64,000 nucleotides of DNA. Source: Candidatus Magasanikiibacteriota bacterium. GTDB lineage: Bacteria; Patescibacteriota; Patescibacteriia; Magasanikbacterales; GWA2-37-8. The position numbers and the translations under genes were made by a program. The stretch's first letter is position 1. Every line of letters starts with the position of its first letter. Positions 1 to 10,166 of this stretch are shown in pieces. The notes below the pieces were generated by a model. It was not told the DNA's origin. It did not search any database and was given only the letters and a program-made list of their open reading frames with translations. The stretch is taken from NCBI GenBank assembly GCA_046590235.1, contig JBKJTY010000035.1:14722-78721 (forward strand). The letters run 5' to 3'.

Positions 1-2
1 AA

Positions 3-3000
3 GCGGATGGCTCAGGAACGCTCACTACAAAGACATGTAATTTAAGTTGTCTTTGGGAAACAAAAGTCTCCGCTCCATCTGAGAATGCTTGCGTTGATTT
101 CAATAAATGTGGCAATGGCCGTATTGATTCTGGTGAACAATGTGATGATGGTAAAAAGGAGCGCGGCGGACAAAATGGTAAGTGGAACAAATGTACAAAT
201 CTATGTACTTTCCCACCAAAGGCGCCTCCAGAAGGCCCGGGTTATTGTGGTGATAAAATAATTGAAGGGGCAAATGAGGTTTGTGATGCAGGTCATGTGA
301 AGGTGAGTTATAGTAATGTTTCCGATGATTGCACACCAATACAAACTTGTCAGAATAAAGAAGTTTGTGATCCAAAAAAGTGTAAAGTTGATGGTATTAG
401 CTATAACGATTTCTGTACCGATGTTGCAGATTGCCGCGGTTACTTATCAGGCTTCCAACAAGCTTTGCAGCCTTGGTACGCTGCTGCTGGAGGGGTAAGT
501 TTCCTTGCACCAAGCTCAAACGAAATCCAGATTACTACTTCACTTGCAGGTACATATAATATAAACTATCAATCAAACGGCTCATATTGTAACTACGCTT
601 CTTCGCCATATAAATGTCATGCAGAATTTACCTATTCCACAGCATTTTGCGCGACAAACTATGGTCATGTTGATTTTACTATTGATAAGAGTCAATGTTC
701 TGGTGGAATTTGTCCTTCGGTGATTACTTCGATGACTAATAACACGGCTTGTGCGGGTACAGGCGTGGGTATTGGCAGTTCACAGGTAACTGTAGTTTTG
801 AAGCGTAACGAAAGTCTGGCTTGTGAAAAACCAGCTAACGCTACATGTCGCACAGAAGTTGACCAAAGCACTTGTGTTACTACAAATAAATGTGTGACAC
901 GACGTGTGGCAACTACCACTGTTGCTGCAGTTGGCGAACCAACATACGGTGTAATAAAAGCAGCTTCGTGTAATTGGGATTGTCAAAATACAGGTCCCTA
1001 TTGCGGTGACGGCGTTGTGCAATCTGAATTTGGTGAAGAATGTGATGGTAACATTACTTGTCCAGTAGGCGGCGTTAGTGGCACTAAAACCTGCAATGCA
1101 AGCTGTAAATTTAATGACAGCGCAAGTGCGGCATGGTGGGCGCTCGATGTACCTTCAAGTGACGGCTATACCTTTGTTGACCGCAATGGAACAGCTAATG
1201 GCAGTTGTGAAAAAGGCAGTTGCCCAGTTTACAATGAAACCGGTGGTCCTAAAAATGGTGGTAACTATCGCTTCACGGGGAGTGATGTGGTAAAAGTTGC
1301 AGATAAAGCTGCGCTTATGCCAACAACTGTAATGAGTATTGAAGCTTGGATCAAACCTGAGGCAAACCCAACTAATTTTGCACGTGTAATTGAAAAAGGT
1401 GGCTATACTGTCGGTGGTGGCTATGATCTTGAAACAAATTATAAATCAGGCGACGCTATAAACAATCGAGTTGCTTTCAATGTGTGGGGAGCAGACGGCA
1501 CAACAAGTGCGCGGGTTTACTCAAAGTCTGAATTACCACTGAATCAGTGGACCTATGTTGTTGCAACATATGAATATCAACCAACTACCGAAAAAGAATC
1601 ATTAAAAATTTATTTAAATGGCAAGATTACGCCTGATAGCGAAGAATTAAGAATAAATGTTAAGGCGCCAACACTTGCTAAAAATACTAAAGAAGTAACG
1701 ATTGGCGGTCGTGCAACTGGTGGAAATTATTTTATTGGTTCCTTAAATAATGTCCGCGTTTTGAATCGTGTGCTCCAACCAAATGAAGTTAAAGATCGTT
1801 TTGAAAATGCATGGCCATGTACAGTTCCAGCACGCTCAAGTGTATTGACTGCGGCAGCTGGTACTTGTGGTGATGGACAAGTCGATCCAAGTGAAGTGTG
1901 CGATCTAGGTGAAAAGAATGGTGTCACATGTAACCCGGCATACGGCCAGACCTGTACCTTCTGTCAGGGAAATAGTGCTCCAGGTAAAAATGATGGCTGT
2001 AAAAATACCTATAATGTACGTTCAGAACAATTTTGTGGCGACGGTATTATCCAAGGTGCTGAGGTTTGTGAAACTGACCAAGCAACAGGTGATATATATG
2101 CAAGTGCGCAAAGCCAGACAAGTACACTTGGTTACACAGCTGAACGTAAGGGTTATAAAGTTTTGCAGTGCAATGCTGAAGTTACGGAAAGCAATGTTTT
2201 CAAGAAAGGTACCAAAACTTGTTCGAATGATTGTAAGCGTCTCTTTGTACAGGAAACCAACACACTTGCTTGTGTAACCTGTGGTATTAATACGGTAAGC
2301 GGTGTTACTGTACAAGGAAATATTATCAATGTTGTTGATGTAAAATCAAAAAATCCACTATACGCAGACTCATTAACTCCGACATCATTTAGCCAAATCA
2401 TACTTCGTGGGGGAATATGTCCAGTAGGTTCTTTCTGTGCTGAAATACTTGGTCGTGAAGGGTTAGCCCGTGTACGTCAAAGTGGTTTAGCTAGCAATAA
2501 TGCCTTGTATGAACTTTATTACGACGCGTCTGCTACTGGCGGCATAAGTCTTCCAAAAATTGCACCATTAAATTCAAACCCACTTTGTTCTGCTCCTGCT
2601 AACGACGTAAAGCAAAGCTATAACATATCTATTAATAATAGCGATCCTTTCATATTCCCAATTTCAGCAGAGCCTACGAGTTGGCAATATGACCTAGTTG
2701 TATCACCGATTATCAGTATCGATGGTCTCAAGGATCAAACCGGACGCATTGCAGGCAGTAGTCGTCCGAATGATATGCGTGTAGTGGTCAGTTGGGTGGG
2801 CGCAACGGATTTCAGCGCCGGATTCGTTCGTTCTATGGCAACAGAATCAGTTGTTGAAGACGCTGTAATGACAGCAAATACAGTGGCAGGTTATAATTAT
2901 TTCTCCAATACTAAAACACGAAGTGATACGGCAACTATTCCGTGGAATATCTGGTATCACGGAAAAGGTGTAACTAACGGTGGTATAAGTGTTGAATCCT

Positions 3001-3374
3001 TCACACTTGATACTAGTAGAATGAGTAATGATAATTATAAATTCTACGTTAGAACATCTAATTCTAACGATCCGATTAAGAATTACAAGACAAGTGCTTT
3101 AGTAAAAGTTGAAGTATACTTGCCAAAAACAGGCGAACAGATGTTCTATAAAACAGATCGTCCAGTTAAAACTTTCTACCTAAGCGGAGCGGATATCAGC
3201 AGTAACACCAACGCAGGTTACTGGCACGTGTTCACCATAGATAAAAATGGCGCACCAATTGCTAACAAAATTCGTAATGCCGCTTTCTATGTTCCTAACT
3301 CAGAAGGCACAGCGACACTCAATGAAAACTATCCAAACGGCCGAATAGTCGGCGGTGTTACGGAAATGTACTAA
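3..3374 (+). CDS. Giant Cys-rich surface protein (5' end outside window) with Myxococcus-type cysteine-rich repeats and a LamG/ConA-like domain
   Basis: The frame is open from nt 3 (ADGSGTLTTKTCNLSC...CGNGRIDSGEQCDDG...YCGDKIIEGANEVCD), so the track start at 297 is internal. Repeated CG(D/N)G-x(5-8)-E-x-C(D/E) units; LamG-like segment (MSIEAWIKP...QWTYVVATY...IGSLNNVRVLNRVL). Confidence 0.8.
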   Translation, partial: ADGSGTLTTKTCNLSCLWETKVSAPSENACVDFNKCGNGRIDSGEQCDDGKKERGGQNGKWNKCTNLCTFPPKAPPEGPGYCGDKIIEGANEVCDAGHVKVSYSNVSDDCTPIQTCQNKEVCDPKKCKVDGISYNDFCTDVADCRGYLSGFQQALQPWYAAAGGVSFLAPSSNEIQITTSLAGTYNINYQSNGSYCNYASSPYKCHAEFTYSTAFCATNYGHVDFTIDKSQCSGGICPSVITSMTNNTACAGTGVGIGSSQVTVVLKRNESLACEKPANATCRTEVDQSTCVTTNKCVTRRVATTTVAAVGEPTYGVIKAASCNWDCQNTGPYCGDGVVQSEFGEECDGNITCPVGGVSGTKTCNASCKFNDSASAAWWALDVPSSDGYTFVDRNGTANGSCEKGSCPVYNETGGPKNGGNYRFTGSDVVKVADKAALMPTTVMSIEAWIKPEANPTNFARVIEKGGYTVGGGYDLETNYKSGDAINNRVAFNVWGADGTTSARVYSKSELPLNQWTYVVATYEYQPTTEKESLKIYLNGKITPDSEELRINVKAPTLAKNTKEVTIGGRATGGNYFIGSLNNVRVLNRVLQPNEVKDRFENAWPCTVPARSSVLTAAAGTCGDGQVDPSEVCDLGEKNGVTCNPAYGQTCTFCQGNSAPGKNDGCKNTYNVRSEQFCGDGIIQGAEVCETDQATGDIYASAQSQTSTLGYTAERKGYKVLQCNAEVTESNVFKKGTKTCSNDCKRLFVQETNTLACVTCGINTVSGVTVQGNIINVVDVKSKNPLYADSLTPTSFSQIILRGGICPVGSFCAEILGREGLARVRQSGLASNNALYELYYDASATGGISLPKIAPLNSNPLCSAPANDVKQSYNISINNSDPFIFPISAEPTSWQYDLVVSPIISIDGLKDQTGRIAGSSRPNDMRVVVSWVGATDFSAGFVRSMATESVVEDAVMTANTVAGYNYFSNTKTRSDTATIPWNIWYHGKGVTNGGISVESFTLDTSRMSNDNYKFYVRTSNSNDPIKNYKTSALVKVEVYLPKTGEQMFYKTDRPVKTFYLSGADISSNTNAGYWHVFTIDKNGAPIANKIRNAAFYVPNSEGTATLNENYPNGRIVGGVTEMY

Positions 3375-3386
3375 CTGCTATTACCT

Positions 3387-3779
3387 ATGAGCAAAAAAAT
3401 TGGTATACTATCTCTACTTATTCTCTTAACGGGGCTCGGCTGTAAGCCGGCCCCGGAGCAAACCATACCACCTGCACAGCAGGCGGTAACATCTACTGCC
3501 TCAGCGCAAGAGCTTAGAACTAAACAGGTAACCGCTGAATATCAAATACTGCAGCAAGCAGCCGTTGCCGACACTGATCTAGACGGACTGTCAAATGAAG
3601 AAGAAAAGAAGTTTGGAACCAATGTAAAAAATGCAGATTCGGACGGAGACGGTCTTTTGGATGGAGATGAAATAAAAACATTCAAAACAAATCCGATTAA
3701 TGCAGATACTGACAGTGATGGAAAGAAAGATGGTCAAGAAATTAAAAGCGGTGGTAATCCGCTTGATAGTAAAAAATAA
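3387..3779 (+). CDS. Lipoprotein with DxDxDG (bacterial TSP3-like Ca-binding) repeats
   Basis: Hydrophobic N-terminus ending LTGLGC (lipobox-like); DTDLDGL, DSDGDGL and DTDSDGK repeats. Confidence 0.75.
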   Translation: MSKKIGILSLLILLTGLGCKPAPEQTIPPAQQAVTSTASAQELRTKQVTAEYQILQQAAVADTDLDGLSNEEEKKFGTNVKNADSDGDGLLDGDEIKTFKTNPINADTDSDGKKDGQEIKSGGNPLDSKK

Positions 3780-3780
3780 T

Positions 3781-4530
3781 ATGTTTGACGAAAAACCACC
3801 AAAAACTTTCGAAGCACCCGGTAATGTTCCGACTGAACCAGCAGACATGTTTGCTGGTATTAAAGATGAGTCTGACGACTCGTCAGGTCGTTTACCAGAC
3901 GCATTATCTTCTGGGCTATTAAAAAAGAAAGAATCATCCATGTCAGTAATGCCTGATGTGTCTGGTGGTAACCAAAGTGGTATGACCATGCAGGCAACTG
4001 GCACTTCTGGTTTTGTTAAAGCGTTTATCGGCTTAGCCATCATTGTGGTTGTAGCAGGACTTGGCGCGGGTGGTTGGTGGTTATATAAAACAGCACAAGA
4101 TTCATCTGTACCGGCTACAGTGCAGCAACAAAATGAAACAGAGTCTCCAGTAATTACAGAATCGCCGGTTGTAACGACTTCACCCGAACCAGAACAGCCA
4201 GCTACGGTGTTTGCATCATCTTCAACTCGTACTAATAATGATAGTATATTGTTTGGAACAATGATTGACACAGATAAAGATGGTATCAATGATGTGCAAG
4301 AAAGAGAGATTGGTACGGACCCAGTAAAGAGCGATACTGATGAAGATCAGTTAAATGACGGCGACGAAATGTTTATCTGGAAAACTAACCCGCTAAAAGC
4401 TGATACCGATGGCGATAGTTATCTAGATGGTGCGGAAATTAAAAACGGTTTTACCCCGCTCGGTCCTGGTCGGTTAGTTCCAACCACAAGTACAACAACT
4501 ACAGTTAAAACTTCCTCCACCATTCAATAA
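3781..4530 (+). CDS. Single-pass membrane protein with DxDxDG repeats
   Basis: ATG 3781 directly follows the upstream stop; TM segment AFIGLAIIVVVAGLGAGGWWLY; DTDKDGI, DTDEDQL, DTDGDSY repeats. Confidence 0.75.
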   Translation: MFDEKPPKTFEAPGNVPTEPADMFAGIKDESDDSSGRLPDALSSGLLKKKESSMSVMPDVSGGNQSGMTMQATGTSGFVKAFIGLAIIVVVAGLGAGGWWLYKTAQDSSVPATVQQQNETESPVITESPVVTTSPEPEQPATVFASSSTRTNNDSILFGTMIDTDKDGINDVQEREIGTDPVKSDTDEDQLNDGDEMFIWKTNPLKADTDGDSYLDGAEIKNGFTPLGPGRLVPTTSTTTTVKTSSTIQ

Positions 4531-4533
4531 ACT

Positions 4534-5760
4534 ATGTTTGGTCAAAAACAAGACAACCAAATCGTCGAACCACAGCTAGATATTGCGGTAACCACTATAC
4601 CAACTGATTTTTATGCGGGTGCAAACCCAACTATCACTTTTAAGCACGTGGAAAAAGTGGTCCAGGCAAATGAGCAAGGATTGCTTACGCCCGCTGATAA
4701 AAAAGCTTTAGATAAAGCAACCGCGGTTGGAAGTGGGCAAGAACTTCATCCAGCTAATGTTCTCGGTAACCGGAAAAAGTTATTTCTCATCGGTGGAGGA
4801 TTGTTTAGTTTATTTGTGGCCGGAGCAGGGGGTTACTACTGGCTTCAAAATAAACCGACAGCTCCAACAACAAATCAAACGCCAATCGCAATCGTTCCTA
4901 CACCGGTTGACGTCGAAGTTCCTTCCACCACACCGTTTGTTGCTCCTGCTACAACTACCGAACAAATCCCTGTAGTTGTAACTAATCCAGATAGTAGTAT
5001 TGAATTTCCTGCGCTCTTGCTAAGTAAAAGTTTTGATTTAGACAATGACGGGCTAACAGATTTAGAAGAAGAGATGTATAAAAGTGATTCAGGTAATCCA
5101 GATACTGATAGTGACGGCTACCTAGATGGTAGTGAAGTGTTTCATTTATACAACCCAATCGGTAAAGAGCCTATCAAACTTATCGAATCTGAGGTAGTTA
5201 AAGAATTTACAAATCCAAGTTTTGGTTACACTCTGTATTACCCAATTAGTTGGGTAGCTGGCAATGTTGACCAGGAATATCGTGACATGCTTTTCAATTC
5301 GGTAAATGGCGAGAATGTCGAAGTGCGTGTTTTTGACAAGCAAAGCGCTATGACATTTGCAGATTGGTTTGCAGTACATGCATCTGATCAAAAATACGGT
5401 GATTTAAACGATTTTGAAACCCGTTTTGGTGACAAGGGATCCCGTCGTTATGATAAGCTGGTTTATTATTTCGCTACTCCAAATCGTGTTTTTGTATTAG
5501 TATATCATCCGACTATTGGAGCATCTACAATCAACTACGCAGCCACAATCGAAATGATGGCGCGCAGCTTTACGGTAAGCGGACAGTCGTTCGATGTTAT
5601 TCCGCTGCAAACCGCTTTAACAAGTCCTGTTACCGAAATCCCATCTGAACCAATTGGTATCACCCAAACAACCCCAGAAACGACCATAGACGACTCAGCT
5701 GCTACAACAACAGTCGCAGCAGACTCAATCGATTCAACTTCAACAAGCACAACATTATGA
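4534..5760 (+). CDS. Single-pass membrane protein with DxDxDG repeats and a PsbP-like C-terminal domain
   Basis: TM segment LFLIGGGLFSLFVAGAGGYYW; DLDNDGL and DTDSDGY; FTNPSFGYTLYYPISW resembles a PsbP-like domain start; Thr-rich tail. Confidence 0.7.
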   Translation: MFGQKQDNQIVEPQLDIAVTTIPTDFYAGANPTITFKHVEKVVQANEQGLLTPADKKALDKATAVGSGQELHPANVLGNRKKLFLIGGGLFSLFVAGAGGYYWLQNKPTAPTTNQTPIAIVPTPVDVEVPSTTPFVAPATTTEQIPVVVTNPDSSIEFPALLLSKSFDLDNDGLTDLEEEMYKSDSGNPDTDSDGYLDGSEVFHLYNPIGKEPIKLIESEVVKEFTNPSFGYTLYYPISWVAGNVDQEYRDMLFNSVNGENVEVRVFDKQSAMTFADWFAVHASDQKYGDLNDFETRFGDKGSRRYDKLVYYFATPNRVFVLVYHPTIGASTINYAATIEMMARSFTVSGQSFDVIPLQTALTSPVTEIPSEPIGITQTTPETTIDDSAATTTVAADSIDSTSTSTTL

Positions 5761-6191
5761 TAGAAATTGCCTACCATAAGGAGGTAGCATGTCCTATAAG
5801 TAAAGCGGATGTATCTTTAATTACCGCTATTGCAGCTAAGCATGAGAAGAAAATTAAAGGTTTAGTAGAGGTCACCATTGTCAGTGATGCAACAATAAAA
5901 AAATTAAACCACCAATATCGAGGTAAAAATAAAGTTACTGACGTGCTTTCATTTGGTTGGGAAGAAGGGGGCAAAATGCCATCTACGATTCTAGGTGAAA
6001 TTTATATCTGCTACGATCAGATTAAAAGACAGGCAAAAACATTTGAATGTCCTGTTAAAGAAGAGTTTACTCGCATGTTGGTGCACGGATTGTTGCACAT
6101 TGTTGGGTATGATCATGTGACCAAAGCGCAAGCTGGAAAAATGTTTCCACTACAAGAAAAAATTGTTTCTAAAGCTTGCGACCTTTTATGA
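5757..6191 (+). CDS. ybeY: rRNA maturation endoribonuclease YbeY
   Basis: LNHQYRGKNKVTDVLSF and HGLLHIVGYDH signature motifs. Confidence 0.95.
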   Translation: MIEIAYHKEVACPISKADVSLITAIAAKHEKKIKGLVEVTIVSDATIKKLNHQYRGKNKVTDVLSFGWEEGGKMPSTILGEIYICYDQIKRQAKTFECPVKEEFTRMLVHGLLHIVGYDHVTKAQAGKMFPLQEKIVSKACDLL

Positions 6192-6556
6192 TGAGCATTA
6201 AACAGCTTGGAAAAAGCTTTAGTCATGCTGTACGGGGAATTATCTACGTTTTTAAAAACGAACAAAATTTTCGGATCCACACTGCTTTAACAATAGTAAC
6301 GGTAGGTGTGGTATGTTTTTTTCCGCTTGTAACCTGGGAGCGTGTATTAGTTATCATATTGATCGTAATGGTACTTACCATGGAGCTTTTGAATACAGCG
6401 CTTGAACGTTTTGCCGACCTCCTAAAGCCGCGGTTAAACTTCTATGTTGGCACAATTAAGGACATTATGGCGGCTGCTGTTCTGATCACTTCGCTCGGTG
6501 CCCTAATAATCGGTATTATCATCCTTTGGCCGCACTTTCTGACTTTGCTTAAATAG
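6188..6556 (+). CDS. dgkA: Diacylglycerol/undecaprenol kinase family protein
   Basis: SFSHAVRGI...EQNFRIH...ELLNTALE...KDIMAAAV motifs; ATGA overlap with the ybeY stop. Confidence 0.9.
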   Translation: MMSIKQLGKSFSHAVRGIIYVFKNEQNFRIHTALTIVTVGVVCFFPLVTWERVLVIILIVMVLTMELLNTALERFADLLKPRLNFYVGTIKDIMAAAVLITSLGALIIGIIILWPHFLTLLK

Positions 6557-6588
6557 TGTATACTAAATAGAAGGATTATCATCAACCT

Positions 6589-7854
6589 ATGAGAAAAGAT
6601 CAACAGCTTATCGCAGGTCTTGATATCGGCTCCTCAGCCGTTCGTATTGCTATTGGTCAATTTGTTGCCGGTGGTGAAATGGGACGTGACGTGGAATTAC
6701 AGATTCTTGGAGCTGGAGAAGTACCCTCCGCCGGTGTTCATAAAGGCGTCGTCAATAGTATTGAAGATGTCGTTTCTTCTGTTTCCGCTTGTCTTGAAGT
6801 AACTGAACGCATGGTTGGTACACCTATTAATTCTATTTGGGTAGGTATTTCTGGCTTACATATTATTTCACAACCAAGTAAAGGCGTTGTCGCAGTGTCA
6901 AAAGCAGACAACGAAATCACTGAAGAGGATGTAGCAAGAGCTATCGATGCTTCACGTACAATTGCCACCCCGCTAAATTACGAAGTTTTGCACGTTTTAC
7001 CAAAAAGTTTCAGTATTGATGGTCAAACAAAAGTCAAAGATCCAGTAGGTATGACGGGCATTCGTTTAGAAGTTGATTCTCAAATTATTCTTGGTTCATC
7101 ATCTCAAATTAAAAATTTAACTAAAGCGGTTTACCGAACCGGATTAAATATCGATGATTTAGTTTTATCTAGTTTAGCAACAGCTGAAGCCGTAATCACT
7201 TCACGCCAAAAAGATATTGGCGTCGTTGTTGTTAATCTGGGTGTCGCTACAACCAGTATGGTAGTTTTTGAAGGTGGAGATATCATTCATACAGCAATTT
7301 TACCAATCGGATCTGAGCATATTACCAACGATGTTGCTATTGGTTTACGCACTTCAATTGAAGTAGCAGAAGCAGTAAAGATTGAACATGGTGACTGTAT
7401 GCCATCTGAAGTTTCAAAACGCGATGAAATTGATTTGTTTGATTTAGGTTCTGCTTCACATGAACCTGTAAAAAAACAATACGTTAGTGAAATTATCGAA
7501 GCGCGCGTTGAAGAAATTATTTCTAAAATCGACCAAGAACTCATTAAAATTAAACGCAATGGTTTGTTGCCAGCTGGCGCGGTCTTTACCGGTGGGGGAG
7601 CAAAGCTTCCTGGTTTGATTGAGCTCGCGAAACGACAATTACGCCTGCCGGCAATCTTAGGTTATCCATTGCATATCACCAGTGTCACCGATAAGGTGAA
7701 TGACTTGGCTTTTTCAACAGCCGTAGGTTTAGTAAAATGGGGTGGAACGATGCAAAACTATGGTCATAGTACAGGAAATCGCGGTGGGTCCATGAAAAAA
7801 GTAGGTAGAGTTTCAACACAGTTAAAGAAGTGGATCAAAACGCTCATTCCGTAA
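6589..7854 (+). CDS. ftsA: Cell division protein FtsA
   Basis: GLDIGSS, DPVGMTGIRLEV, EIIEARVEEI, VFTGGGAKLPG; directly upstream of ftsZ. Confidence 0.97.
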   Translation: MRKDQQLIAGLDIGSSAVRIAIGQFVAGGEMGRDVELQILGAGEVPSAGVHKGVVNSIEDVVSSVSACLEVTERMVGTPINSIWVGISGLHIISQPSKGVVAVSKADNEITEEDVARAIDASRTIATPLNYEVLHVLPKSFSIDGQTKVKDPVGMTGIRLEVDSQIILGSSSQIKNLTKAVYRTGLNIDDLVLSSLATAEAVITSRQKDIGVVVVNLGVATTSMVVFEGGDIIHTAILPIGSEHITNDVAIGLRTSIEVAEAVKIEHGDCMPSEVSKRDEIDLFDLGSASHEPVKKQYVSEIIEARVEEIISKIDQELIKIKRNGLLPAGAVFTGGGAKLPGLIELAKRQLRLPAILGYPLHITSVTDKVNDLAFSTAVGLVKWGGTMQNYGHSTGNRGGSMKKVGRVSTQLKKWIKTLIP

Positions 7855-7865
7855 GAATTGTTAGC

Positions 7866-7894
7866 TTGACAGTAGAGAAAGTGCGTTATACACT
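7866..7894 (+). promoter_or_regulatory. Sigma70-type promoter for ftsZ
   Basis: TTGACA (7866-7871), 17 nt, TACACT (7889-7894). Confidence 0.65.
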
Positions 7895-7995
7895 ATAGTG
7901 CGAAGGACGCCTTCGCTTATTTTATTACTAAGTAAGTTGAACACAAAAAGTATTCAGGCTGTTAGGAACTAAGTCACTTACATTTTCAAACTTTT

Positions 7996-9255
7996 ATGCC
8001 TCAAGTTAAACCAGAAATTGAAGCGTTCGCAAAAATTAAAGTTGTTGGTGTTGGCGGATCTGGCGGATCAGCAGTTAACCGTATGATGGCGAGTAAAATT
8101 CGCGGTGTTGATTTTATTGTAATGAACACTGATATCCAAGCTTTGCACCACAATAACGCTCCGACTAAAATCCATATTGGTAAAACTGTTACACGTGGTT
8201 TAGGTGCAGGTATGGATCCTGAAATCGGACGCAAAGCTGCTGAAGAATCACAAAATGAAATTCGTGAAGCGCTCAAAGATAGTGATATGGTTTTCATTAC
8301 CTGCGGTATGGGTGGTGGTACAGGCACTGGAGCAGCGCCAGTTGTCGCTCAGGTCGCCAAAGAACTTGGCGCACTCACCGTAGCAGTAGTAACCAAACCA
8401 TTCTCTTTTGAAGGCCCGCAGCGTTCTACGATTGGAAATAAAGGTTGGGAAGACTTAGCAAAAAATGTAGATACGATTATCACTATTCCAAACGATCGTA
8501 TTTTGCAAATAATTGATAAAAAAACAACACTACTCGACGCGTTCAAGATTGTCGATGATATTTTACGCCAAGGTGTGCAAGGTATTTCTGAGCTCATCAC
8601 TATTCCTGGTCTTATCAACGTAGACTTTGCCGATGTTCGAACTATTATGCGCGACACCGGTTCTGCGTTAATGGGTATTGGTACGGGCAGTGGTGAAAAT
8701 CGAGCTATCGAAGCAGCGAAGGCTGCGATTTCTAGTCCGCTCCTCGAGCTTTCTATCGATGGTGCGCATGGTATTTTATTTACTATCACTGGTGGTCCTG
8801 ATCTTACCATGAACGAAGTCAGTGAAGCTGCTAAAATTATTACTTCATCAGCTTCAACTGAAGCAAAAATTATTTTTGGTGCAATCATTGATGAAAGCAT
8901 GACAGGTAGTATGCGTATCAGTGTGGTAGCTACAGGTTTTGACGAACGTCGCCCAAGTTTAGTAAAAGATGATGAAAGTTCTTCAGGTCAAACATTATTT
9001 GCTGCTGGCAAATATATGCCAAGCACCTTCCTACGTAAAGCCCAGAAAGAAGAAGAGGAAGAAGAACGTCGTTTTAAAAACTACACACAAAAAACTTCTC
9101 CACAATCACAATCTCCAGCTCAGGTAATGCAGCAGCCTCCGATGATGTCGCAACCACAACCGCAACAACAGCAGCAACAAGAAAGAACCATGCCAAAAGT
9201 TGGCGATGATGAAATTGAGATCCCAGCTTTCATTCGAAGGAAAATGGGTATATAA
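7996..9255 (+). CDS. ftsZ: Cell division protein FtsZ
   Basis: GMGGGTGTG tubulin signature, INVDFADV, C-terminal EIPAFIRR. Confidence 0.99.
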   Translation: MPQVKPEIEAFAKIKVVGVGGSGGSAVNRMMASKIRGVDFIVMNTDIQALHHNNAPTKIHIGKTVTRGLGAGMDPEIGRKAAEESQNEIREALKDSDMVFITCGMGGGTGTGAAPVVAQVAKELGALTVAVVTKPFSFEGPQRSTIGNKGWEDLAKNVDTIITIPNDRILQIIDKKTTLLDAFKIVDDILRQGVQGISELITIPGLINVDFADVRTIMRDTGSALMGIGTGSGENRAIEAAKAAISSPLLELSIDGAHGILFTITGGPDLTMNEVSEAAKIITSSASTEAKIIFGAIIDESMTGSMRISVVATGFDERRPSLVKDDESSSGQTLFAAGKYMPSTFLRKAQKEEEEEERRFKNYTQKTSPQSQSPAQVMQQPPMMSQPQPQQQQQQERTMPKVGDDEIEIPAFIRRKMGI

Positions 9256-9264
9256 TACCTTTGT

Positions 9265-9720
9265 ATGCGTTGCCCTGTTTGTAATCATCCAGACGTAAGC
9301 GTAGTCGATACTCGCTCTGCCGAAGATGATTTGGCAGTTCGACGACGTCGCGAATGTGAAAAGTGCAGTTATCGATTTTCCACGATTGAAGAAATTGAAC
9401 TCTTAGATATTATTGTGGTTAAACAAAACGGTGAGCGTCAAAGCTACATGCGTGAAAAGATTGAAAATGGTATAAAGCGCTCACTAACCAAACGTCCTTA
9501 CACGCAAGATAAATTTCATCGTTTAATCCACGCGATTGAGCGTGACATCCAAAAGAAGCGCCGACGTGAAATTGCAAGTAAAGAACTTGGTGAGATGGTC
9601 ATGAAACATCTTAGCGCGTTTGATAAAGTTGCTTACATCCGTTTTTCGAGTGTGTACCGGGATTTCAAAGATGTAAAAACATTTGAAAAAGAATTAAAAA
9701 AGATTACAAAAAAAGTTTAG
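9265..9720 (+). CDS. nrdR: Transcriptional repressor NrdR
   Basis: MRCPVC...RRRRECEKC zinc ribbon, ATP cone, DKVAYIRFSSVYR. Confidence 0.97.
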   Translation: MRCPVCNHPDVSVVDTRSAEDDLAVRRRRECEKCSYRFSTIEEIELLDIIVVKQNGERQSYMREKIENGIKRSLTKRPYTQDKFHRLIHAIERDIQKKRRREIASKELGEMVMKHLSAFDKVAYIRFSSVYRDFKDVKTFEKELKKITKKV

Positions 9721-9728
9721 CCTAGCTT

Positions 9729-10163
9729 ATGTACAAACACGGGGCACAACCTGAACTGGAGTCAGAAAAAAAACTTCCGCTCAAAAAACAGGTTGCTAAG
9801 GAGGGTAGTATAGAGCAAACAACTGTGTCATCGCTTACCAAAGTCGATGAACTTTCGGCTATACGAGAATTGATGGAAAAGAATTTGAAATGGTCGCAAA
9901 TAATCTACGAACAAAATCGTAAAATTAATAATAAGTTATTGTGGGCAGCAATTGCAGGCTGGGTGCGTTTGGTTATCATTGCAGTTCCGCTCATCTTTGC
10001 TTTATTATATTTACCGCCGCTCATTAGAAACGTACAAGAGAGATATGTACAGATCTTTAGCGGATCAACAGAAGCGGGTAGAAGCCAGAGTATCAAAGAC
10101 CTTCTCAATTTGTTGCCGCTGAGCAATAGTCAGCGCGAACAAGTTAAAGCCATGATGAAGTAA
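9729..10163 (+). CDS. Hypothetical membrane protein
   Basis: Tightly packed in the operon; one hydrophobic segment. Confidence 0.7.
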   Translation: MYKHGAQPELESEKKLPLKKQVAKEGSIEQTTVSSLTKVDELSAIRELMEKNLKWSQIIYEQNRKINNKLLWAAIAGWVRLVIIAVPLIFALLYLPPLIRNVQERYVQIFSGSTEAGRSQSIKDLLNLLPLSNSQREQVKAMMK

Positions 10164-10166
10164 CCC

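Noticed and set aside
3591-4289. 232-aa minus-strand ORF and similar antisense ORFs (e.g. 8349-8900, 30057-30548, 34224-34700)
   Set aside because: They are shadows of well-supported genes on the other strand and have no motifs.
7886-7900. NrdR box near the ftsZ-nrdR promoter
   Set aside because: CACTATAGTG is palindromic but shorter than the 16-bp consensus and not tandem.
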